From NCBI RefSeq assembly GCF_006345805.1, contig NW_021824610.1:1-18876 (forward strand): 18,876 bases of DNA, given 5' to 3'. Within the stretch, counting starts at the first letter, position 1. Every line of letters begins with the position of its first letter. The stretch comes from Octopus sinensis (lineage: Eukaryota). The position numbers were made by a program, and so were the translations under genes. A model generated the notes under the pieces. It worked only from the letters and a program-made list of their open reading frames with translations, had not been told where the DNA came from and did not search any database. Below, piece by piece: positions 10,501 through 18,876 of the stretch.

Positions 10501-11192
10501 TTTTAATTCAGAGATTGCAGTCCCTCTTGGCCCTGTGTAACCTGTCTGCATTTCATTCAGCTTCATGTGATGGTTGCGCAGGGTTTGGAAATTTCCAGCA
10601 TTAAAACTGAATGTTATTGTCCTCAGCCCACCTTTACATCGTGTCCAAATCTTACTGTGGGTGCACGACATCTCCAAGCTCCTATATCCTCTCAGACACT
10701 TTTGTCTCATTTGCATAGCCAGCAAGGATGGCCACCTGAGCAGCTGAGAACATGTCTGAGAGTGTCACTATAAATAGCAGCGGCCCCAAGACAATACCTT
10801 GTGGAATATCACTCATTGTTTGCGCTTCCTTGGAGGTGACCCCTTTGGTCAGCACTACCTGAATTCTGTCTTTTAGAAAATCATGTAGTTATTCTCCAAG
10901 TTTTTCAACCATGCCAATATTGCGCATCTTGTGACATATCATATACCATGGTCGATATTGTCAAAGGCTTTTGCAAAGTCGAGGTATATCACGTCCACAT
11001 TAGAGTTGTTGAGCAGTTGCTTTAGAGCCCAGACGTAATGCTGTGTTAGTCAGCAAATCATTCTGTTCACGGAATGCAATTAGTTTCCTTCAGACAATTC
11101 GTTCCATGATTTTACTGATGTGAGGGGTCAGAGAGATAGGCCTATAATTTTTAGCAAGTGTACTGCTTCCTTCTTTATGAATAAGGCATATT

Positions 11193-11193
11193 G

Positions 11194-11226
<33 letters not shown>

Positions 11227-11280
11227 AACACACACAGATACACACACGCACGTACACACGCACACACACCACACACACAG
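11193..11280. repeat. (CT)n/(CA)n microsatellite at the LINE 5' truncation point
   Basis: Direct reading. Confidence 0.9.
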
Positions 11281-11599
11281 AAATAAGAAATTGGAAATTT
11301 TAGGATATTATTTATACACCATTACACGTGTTTCATTTGCTAATAGGTATTGCAAAGTTTGACATGTTAAATAGACAAATAGACAGAGAAATTAAATAAT
11401 ACAAATCCTACATTTAGATGGAGTATTTATATCTAGTTAGTAATCAGAAGCTTTATAGATAGTTTTGGTGAAGCATATTCGGTATGCGGCATAAAACTCC
11501 TTAGATTTAAAATTCTTTGAGACTTACCTCAAGATTACAGATAATTTCCTCTCTTTTTCCTCATCAGTCCCGGAAGCCTTGATATAAAAAATAAAGGAT

Positions 11600-11771
11600 C
11601 ACAGTCAATCACATTGACCCTTGTGCTCTGCTGGTACTTATTTTATCGACCCTAACAGATTGAAAGGCAAAGTCGACCTCGGTGGAATTTGAACTCAGAA
11701 CGTGAAGATGGAGGAAATACTGCTAAGCATTTTGCCCGGCATGTTAACGATTCTGCCAGCTCGTCACCTTA
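11600..11771 (-). mobile_element. SINE family A copy
   Basis: GAAAGGCAAAGTCGACCTCGGTGGAATTTGAACTCAGAACGT...TTCTGCCAGCTCG is the reverse complement of 4320-4425. Confidence 0.9.
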
Positions 11772-11900
11772 GGAAAGGACTAACATTAATAGGAAAAAAA
11801 AAAAAGAAATGAGCGAATTTATCATACAACCCAATATCTCGAAGAAATTTCTCAGAAAGGTTTTAAGAATATCGGGGATTTGCTCAAAATCGTCGGCAAA

Positions 11901-11946
11901 TCGTCAAACACATTGTTTCAATCTCATTGCATCTCTTCAGTGACGA
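11901..11946 (-). ncRNA. Type I hammerhead ribozyme motif
   Basis: Minus strand reads TCGTCA-CTGAAGA-GAT(gcaatgag)ATT-GAA-ACA(atg)TGT-T-TGACGA: perfect 6-bp stem I, both core boxes, GUU triplet, weak 3-bp stem II. Confidence 0.7.
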
Positions 11947-11981
11947 ACGCACAAGAATATTCTAAGCTAAGACGAACAACT

Positions 11982-12105
11982 TTTGTTCTCATGCAGAAAT
12001 CGATAAATAATGCATTCACTGACTTGTAGGTTAAAATTAAATTAATATATGCACTTATGACAGCACTGGATTACTGATAATTTCATAATATCTATAGAAA
12101 CACAG
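11982..12105 (-). pseudogene. Possible highly decayed C-terminus of a Penelope-like GIY-YIG endonuclease
   Basis: Minus-strand peptides LCFYRYYEIISNP (12067-12105) and SE......LHENK (ending 11982) resemble the LCLxEKxxI...LNKRSELxxxCRHxNK ending of some Penelope-like ORFs as I recall it; lies just 5' of the hammerhead. Confidence 0.35.
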
Positions 12106-12695
12106 GATGAAACTAGTAATATTTTGTTGAAGATAACCTGCTTAGAGAGATCCGCGTGTTCCTAAGAATAAGAACATAGCATCGTTCAGAACGCTGGTGA
12201 ATTCATCGAGTGGTTTCACTGACAGTTATCCGTAGTAACCAGACACTATGGTCCGACCTATCAAATAATGATATAAGGCATTGTTTAAAAAACCGATGGC
12301 CATGATAGGAACCCTATTATAATGAATTTGCTCGATCAGAATAACTACGATTCCACGGAAATACTAATTAAATAATGCATAACAACTTCAGACAGAATCT
12401 CACAAAAATGGAAGTCATGAGAGCCTTAAGAGATCGCTGGAAAAAAGTTGCTGGACGAATTAATATATACATACATATATATATATATATATTATGTGAA
12501 ATAGAAAGATGAATAATCTTGTAGTAGATTAATCAAAGTTTAACCGATACCTTGGTAGCAAAACACACCAGTAAACAGCACGGCTGGAGGTACAACCATA
12601 TGGTGTTGCAACCGTGCGTGTGCGGTGGGATATTGAAATTAAAATATTATTGGTGAATTGAAGAAATGGAGCTGAATGCAGATTGAACAGAATCG

Positions 12696-12791
12696 TTTTA
12701 TTTCATTCTACACGTGTTTCGAAAGGCACAATTTACCAAAATCCGATTGAATAATGGGACCATATTGTGTCTTTCTCTTCAGGAAGAAATA
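12696..12791 (-). ncRNA. Type I hammerhead ribozyme, left arm
   Basis: Minus strand reads TATTTCTTC-CTGAAGA-GAAAGACACAAT...ATTGTGCCTTTC-GAA-AC(ACGT)GT-A-GAATGAAATA; predicted cut after GUA, between 12709 and 12708. Confidence 0.88.
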
Positions 12792-12945
12792 GGAAATCCG
12801 TTGGAAAAAACAAAAACAGAACCAGGCGGAGAAAAACAAATCGAACTAGGCTCCTAAGAGCCCATGGAGTTTCGCATGGGCTCTTAGGAGCCTAGTTCGA
12901 TTTGTTTTGCTCCGCCTCTGTTCTGTTTTTGTTTTTTCCAACGGA

Positions 12946-13044
12946 TTTTATTTCTTCCTGAAGAGAAAGACACAATATGGTCCATTATTCAATCGGATTT
13001 TGGTACATTGTGCCTTTCGAAACACGTTGTAGAATGAAATAAAA
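12946..13044 (+). ncRNA. Type I hammerhead ribozyme, right arm
   Basis: CTGAAGA 12958-12964; stem II 12965-12976/13007-13018 (11 of 12 bp); GAAAC 13019-13023; GTA 13029-13031; stem I 12946-12957/13032-13044 with one bulge. Confidence 0.85.
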
Positions 13045-13093
13045 CGATTTCTGTTCAATCTGCGTTCAGCTCCATTTCTTCAATCACCAATAA

Positions 13094-13097
13094 AATA

Positions 13098-13171
<74 letters not shown>
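13094..13171. repeat. (TA)n microsatellite
   Basis: Direct reading. Confidence 0.95.
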
Positions 13172-13172
<1 letters not shown>

Positions 13173-13174
<2 letters not shown>

Positions 13175-13269
13175 GAGACGAGAGAAAGAGAAAAGAGATA
13201 GATAGATAGATACGTTTGTATCACATGGCAAAAGTAATTCCAAAGACCCTAAATTCGGTGATGCAAATT

Positions 13270-13334
<65 letters not shown>

Positions 13335-13351
13335 ACAGCAGTAGCAGCAGC

Positions 13352-13385
<34 letters not shown>

Positions 13386-13397
13386 ATAGTAGTAGTA

Positions 13398-13428
<31 letters not shown>

Positions 13429-13879
13429 TGTTGTTGTAAAAATGAACTGTGATTGTGACCGTGGAAAGATGGACGCTTAATGTCTCTCGCAATTACGTCA
13501 TACACTAAACCACTAACAACAGCCAATCAGCTGATAGCTCACCCTCCACTTCCACCTCATTTGCGAGTAAGTAATACTTAGTTACATATCTTTTAATAGC
13601 AACGGAGAACTGTCCCGCCTCTCAGATATGAGATAATACATTTATTATTGTGAGCGAAATGGCATGGCGTTTATCGTTGTTGCTTATCTTCATAAAGAGC
13701 TACGGTTACAGATGTGGGCATAATAAACACATCTATCTCACATACCCATATATCCATATATATATTTATGTATGTGTGTGTGTGTGTGTGTGTGTGTGGT
13801 GCGTAGACACACAGAAGCACATACTTGTGTCTGGGTAGATATACACACATGCATACACAAACACAAATATATATATATA

Positions 13880-13946
<67 letters not shown>

Positions 13947-14067
13947 TATAATATATCTATATATATATATATGGGAGACAGAGAAGAGAAAAGAGATAGA
14001 TAGATAGATACGTTTGTAGTCACATGGCAAAAGTAATCCAAAGACCCTAAATTCGGTGATGCAAATT

Positions 14068-14132
<65 letters not shown>

Positions 14133-14730
14133 ACAGCAGTAGCAGCAGCAGTTAGTAGTAGTAGTAGTAGTAGTATAGTAGTAATAGTAGTAGTAGTAGT
14201 AGTATAGTAGTAGTAGTAGTATTTGTTGTTGTAAAAATGAACTGTGATTGTGACCGTGGAAGATGGACGCTTATGTCTCTCGCAATTACGTCATACACTA
14301 AACCACTAACAACAGCCAATCAGCTGATAGCCACCCCCTCCACTTCCACCTCATTTGCGAGTAAGTAATACTTAGTTACATATCTTTTAATAGCAACGAG
14401 AACTGTCCCGCCTCTCAGATATGAGATAATACATTTTTATTGTGAGCGAAATGGCATGGCGTTTATCGTTGTTGCTTATCCTTCATAAGAGCTACGGTTA
14501 CAGATGTGGGCATAATAAACACATCTATCTCACATACCCTATATCCATATATATATTTATGTATGTGTGGTGTGTGTGTTGTGTGTGTGTGCGTAGACAC
14601 CAGAAGCACATACTTGTGTCTGGAGATCTACACACTGCATACACAAACACAATATATATATATATTGTATATTATATATATATATATATATATATATTAT
14701 ATTATACTATATATATATATATATATATAC
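13173..14730 (+). repeat. Direct tandem duplication, unit about 800 bp (13173-13972 and 13973-about 14730), each with a (TAG)n array
   Basis: Both units run GGGAGAC...CACATGGCAAAAGTAA...(TAG)n...AGCCAATCAGCTGATAG...GAAGCACATACTTGTGTCTGG...(TA)n. Confidence 0.97.
13493..13670. promoter_or_regulatory. Promoter-like motif cluster (duplicated at about 14286-14462)
   Basis: TTACGTCA (CRE/ATF-like) 13493-13500, AGCCAATCAG (NF-Y) 13521-13530 overlapping E-box CAGCTG, TAGCAAC (RFX half site) 13597-13603, GC-box-like GTCCCGCCTC 13612-13621. Confidence 0.35.
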
Positions 14731-14764
14731 ATACATATATATGTATGCATATATACACATATAT

Positions 14765-14820
14765 GTATATAGATAAATAGACAGACAGACAGAGAGACAA
14801 ATATATAGATAGATAGATAA

Positions 14821-14901
<81 letters not shown>

Positions 14902-15065
14902 CAGACATTGAGAGTGAGCAAAAAACAGACCAAACGATAGGTCGATAAAGAGATAGAGATAAATACTGATAAATATAGAGACACACACATGCACATGCAC
15001 ACACGCACACACACACATACACGCGCATATATATGTACTTGCATAGACACATACACACAAACACA
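14765..15065. repeat. (GATA)n/(GACA)n and (CA)n microsatellites
   Basis: Direct reading. Confidence 0.95.
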
Positions 15066-15829
15066 GTGCAAAAATGGCCGCAAATAACTGAATAAGCCAT
15101 TGTATGTTTCTGATAATTTATGTATTACGATAAAACTACGATTTTATTTTTCTGAACGCAGAATTGCCGTTAGAACAGCTGAAATGCTAAGTAAATTACC
15201 CTTACGAGGCGGAAAAAATTAGTGACAAGTAACCTTGAGATTCGAATCTACATCCTTCAAAAGCCCGGTAGAGTTCTTTACCATAAAACAAAACTACACA
15301 TTTAAGGCGCTAAATCGCTTATTGAACAACTACGAGTCTATATATATAAACGAACATGTGTTTATCTATAAGCGTCGAAATGTGTATTCTTTAAATCGAA
15401 TTTACAAAATATATACTTTGGTATGTACGTGTGTGTGGCTGTGAATGTATCCGTATGTACATGTAACACAGACCAATTTTTGACATAGAAAAGAGACGGC
15501 AAAACCAATGGATTTCTTTGAAAACAAATATGTCTTCAGTTTGAACAAAGATGGTTAATGGTAAAGAGCGTTTGTGTGGTCAGATATAAACATCTCTTAA
15601 AATATGATATATTCTTAGATGGATTACAATGAGCTACCTGAACTACATTCAATAAAAACATGATTACTAAAAGCGTCAGTAGATTGGCTGGACTGATTTG
15701 CATATGTAACGCATTCTAACGGGAAAATGAAACTCTGGCTACCGATTTGTTAATTGTCTGCAAAGAGCAAACATGCTATATGATTCTACATTCAAAATGA
15801 ATACTCACTTTCATAACATATTCGCAAGT

Positions 15830-16644
15830 CTACATATATAAATACACAGATGCATGCATACATATACATGCACACACATACCTATATACATATACATGTA
15901 CATGCATACGTATTTTTACATACTGATACATATATATATATACATACACACACACATATATATATATATGCATACTATATATATATATATACATATATAC
16001 ACGTATATGCATAAATAGTTACAAATATATACATATATGTGTATCTATATGTATGTATGTATGGATGTGCATATATATATATATATCTATTATAATATAT
16101 ATATATATATGTATGTATGTATATGTATAGATAATGCGCATAGTTGCAAGTATACTTAACTTGTTACACGCACCAAAGACATATATATATATATATATAT
16201 ATATAATATAATATATACCACTCACACACTCACACACAAAAGGGCGCATGCATACACGCACACATGCCACTCAGAGATGAGAGAGAGAAGTGATGAGATA
16301 TTTCTGGAATAAATGTTGCAAATCTCATTAGATTATCACAGAGATAATTTAAATGGATTCCCAAGATTTTCTCTGCCATTTTGAGTGTTGTTCCTCTTGT
16401 GCTTGGGAGAGACATTATATAGATATATATATATATATATAATAATATATATATATATATAATATTGTATATTATTATTATTATTATATATATATATTAT
16501 ATATTATATATATAATATTGTTATATTATTATTATATAGATATATTATATATATATATATATTATATAATATGTATATATATACATATATGTATGTATAT
16601 ATATATATAATATATATATTATAGATATATGTATATAATATATG

Positions 16645-16686
<42 letters not shown>

Positions 16687-16745
16687 ATATATATGTATAT
16701 AGTATATGATATATATATATATGTATAATGTATGTATATATATAT
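15830..16745. repeat. (TA)-rich low-complexity region with a unique spacer at about 16270-16415
   Basis: Direct reading. Confidence 0.9.
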
Positions 16746-16759
16746 TCTTATATTCGTAG

Positions 16760-16921
16760 ATTCGTTCTTCTTTTCTTCTTCTTCTTCCTTCTCCTCCGCC
16801 TTAAACAATTTTTTCATTATCGTCATCATCAACATCATCAACATTGTCGTCGTCGTCGTCGTTTTTCTTTTTTCTCCTCCTCTTCCCTTCCTTCTCCTTC
16901 GCCTCCTCCATCTTAAACATT

Positions 16922-16960
<39 letters not shown>

Positions 16961-17058
16961 TCATCTTTAGCATCAGAAGCATCGTCGCAGTCCTTATCGT
17001 TCTTCTTCTCCTTCTTCCCCTTCGTCATCTTCATCTTCTTCCTTTTCCCCTTCTTCTT

Positions 17059-17132
<74 letters not shown>

Positions 17133-17340
17133 CATTATTATTATTATTCTCCTTTTCCTACTCCTACTTCTTCTCCTTCCTCTTCATAATCTTCTCCTTC
17201 TACTTCTACCTGCTCTTCTTCTCCTTCTTTTTCTTCCTCTTACTCTTCTTTACTTCTTTTCTTCTTTTTCTTTTTCTTCTTCTCCCTCTTGCCCTTCTTT
17301 TCTTCTCCTCCTGCTCCTCCTCCTTCTTCTTCTTTTCATT
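16760..17340. repeat. (CAT)n, (CTT)n, (TTA)n and CT-rich low-complexity block
   Basis: Direct reading; source of the poly-H, poly-I and poly-L ORFs. Confidence 0.92.
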
Positions 17341-17532
17341 CACACGCACATATACGTTTGTCGTTGTCTATATATCTCAGTTGATTTGCATGCAGTCAAC
17401 TGAAAGGGAACAAGATGAAACTTCGAAGTCACTCCGAAGTCATCTTTATCCATCTAAAATTTAATAAAGAAATACCCAACTAAAAACATTTAATAGTTTA
17501 GACCAAAAGAGACACAAACAAACGAATTCATA

Positions 17533-17890
17533 AGGCGTGGCTGTGTGGTAAGAAGCTTGCTTCCCAACCACCTGGTTCCGGGTTCAATCTCACTGCATCG
17601 CACTTCGGACAAGTGACTTCTACTATAGCCTCGGGCCGACGAAAGACTTGTGGGTGGATTTGTTAGACGGAAACTGAAAGAAAACTCTCGTCTATATGTG
17701 TGTGTGTGTTTCTCCCTACAATCGCTTGACAACCGATATTGGTGTGTTTACGTCTATGTAACTTAGCGGTTCTGTAAAAGAGACCGACAGAATAAGTACT
17801 TGGCTTGCAAAGAATAAGTCTTCGGGTAATTTTGTTCGACTAAAGATGTTGCTCCATCATGGCCACAGTCAAATGACAGGAACAAGTAAA
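17533..17890 (+). mobile_element. tRNA-derived SINE family B, full-length copy
   Basis: A-box TGGCTGTGTGG, B-box GGTTCAATCTC, internal (TG)n, tail CATGGCCACAGTCAAATGAC...AACAAGTAAAA; aligns with 9044-9452. Confidence 0.92.
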
Positions 17891-18011
17891 AAAAATATAA
17901 AAAATAAAAGAACATATATATATAAATATATATATATATGCATGAATTTAGACATAGGCATACATGTTTATGTATGTAAATATGCATGTGCGCATGCGCA
18001 CACACACACAC

Positions 18012-18761
18012 AGATGTGACCTGACGATAGAGACAGAAACATGCGCAGTGATAAGAACCAAGTATACGAAGTGCAGAATAGGCACCACTACCGATAGCGA
18101 CATATGCAGAATGTATGGTGAGAAGGGTGAAACGGTATGGCATATCGTTAGCGAATGCTCGAAATTGGCACAACACGAATACAAAAGACACCATGATAAT
18201 ATGGCAAGAATGATCCATTGGGAGCTCTGTAGAAATCATAGACTTCAAAGAGCAAAGATGTGGTTTGAGAAAACTCCAGAATGAATCACCGAAAATGAGA
18301 ATTGCATAATCCTGTGGGATGCAATGATCCGATGCGATCACCTGACCAGACATCAGAAACCGGACATTCTTGTGGTGAATATAAACGAAAGGACATGTAT
18401 CATTATGGATATGGCATGCCCCGATGACACCAGGGCCAATGTGAAAGAAGAAGAAAAAATAGATAACTAAGATGATTTGAAGTGAGAAATACAAAGGTTG
18501 TGGTCAATGAAGAGAGTAGGCGAGATACCAATTGTAATTGGTGCACTTGGAAGTATCAGCACTCAACTACCAACATGGCTGAAAAAGATCGGTGCACGTG
18601 TAAAGGTCGAACATCTACAAATATCAGCATTGCTTGAAACTGCAAGAATTTTTCGCAGGGTTCTTGAAGGATGACCAGTAAACAAGTGTCACCGTAGTCT
18701 GCTGACTGTGGACAGCTGACATTTTCCATCATGCCCAGGAAAATAAGCTGTGAGGTTTCAT
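18012..18761 (+). mobile_element. 3' end of an R4/Dong-type non-LTR retrotransposon (CCHC knuckle plus restriction-like endonuclease), inactivated
   Basis: One frame 18012-18674 gives CRMYGEKGETVWHIVSEC, RHHDNMARMIHWELC, ILWD..RHQKPDILV..IIMDMACPDD..KEEEK, IPIVIGALG, ETARIFRRVL; in-frame stops at 18282, 18468 and 18483; short 3' UTR then (TAA)n. Confidence 0.92.
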
Positions 18762-18817
18762 ATAATAATAATGCCTTAATAATAATAATAATAATAATAA
18801 TATAATAATAATAATAA

Positions 18818-18855
<38 letters not shown>

Positions 18856-18872
18856 TAATAATAATAATAATT
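18762..18872. repeat. (TAA)n tail or target of the R4/Dong-type element
   Basis: Direct reading. Confidence 0.95.
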
Positions 18873-18876
18873 CTTT

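Larger units (their letters stand above)
9494..11192 (-). mobile_element. Decayed, 5'-truncated CR1-group (APE-type) LINE; ORF2 reverse transcriptase pseudogene
   Basis: Minus-strand motifs in the expected order: NYRPISLT (11126-11149), YLDFAKAFD (10960-10986), PQGIVLGPLLF (about 10771-10803), YANETK for YADDTK (about 10701-10718), SVHDLG, AGWILR, RRRER..WKILE, FKIKL..VSDE; several stops and frameshifts. Confidence 0.92.
12492..13093 (-). mobile_element. Penelope-like (pseudo-LTR) insertion with a partial inverted duplication, between (TA)n tracts
   Basis: Longer copy on the minus strand runs to (TA)n at about 12492; shorter inverted copy 12875-13093 abuts (TA)n; both carry a hammerhead. Confidence 0.75.
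12647..13093. repeat. Long inverted repeat: arms 12647-12866 and 12875-13093, 8-nt spacer GAGTTTCG
   Basis: TCGAACTAGGCTCCTAAGAGCCCATG / CATGGGCTCTTAGGAGCCTAGTTCGA at the centre; complementarity continues about 220 bp with few differences. Confidence 0.98.

Noticed and set aside
11540-11572. Minus-strand CTGATGA...GAAA
   Set aside because: Intervening purine run cannot form stem II
12110-12465. Possible RTE-like C-terminal remnant on the plus strand (MRALRDRWKK)
   Set aside because: Similarity is too weak and fragmented to call by eye
13269-13435. (TAG)n arrays as telomeric repeat
   Set aside because: Plain trinucleotide microsatellite, not TTAGGG
15225-15285. Possible tRNA-like SINE head on the minus strand (GATTCGAATCTC)
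   Set aside because: Only a B-box-like match, with no second copy in the window
15500-15546. Minus-strand CTGAAGA...GAAA
   Set aside because: Stem II is offset by four extra bases and no consistent stem III, cleavage triplet and stem I can be built

Overview
AT-rich eukaryotic non-coding DNA, made up almost entirely of microsatellites and retrotransposon debris. The repeat families look cephalopod (Octopus-like), which is my recognition and not a database result. I can support no intact host protein-coding gene; nearly all ORFs in the supplied track are translated simple repeats. Recognisable elements are three tRNA-derived SINE families (about 10 copies or fragments), a decayed CR1-group LINE reverse transcriptase (9494-11192, minus), the 3' end of an R4/Dong-type LINE ending in (TAA)n (18012-18872), and an ~800-bp tandem duplication carrying promoter-like motifs. 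The most interesting signal is five type I hammerhead-ribozyme motifs within 5.2 kb (7827-13044), apparently from four different Penelope-like element families. Two of them face outward inside a ~450-bp palindrome embedded in (TA)n, one sits in a small insert that interrupts the LINE, and one follows a decayed GIY-YIG-like C-terminus.
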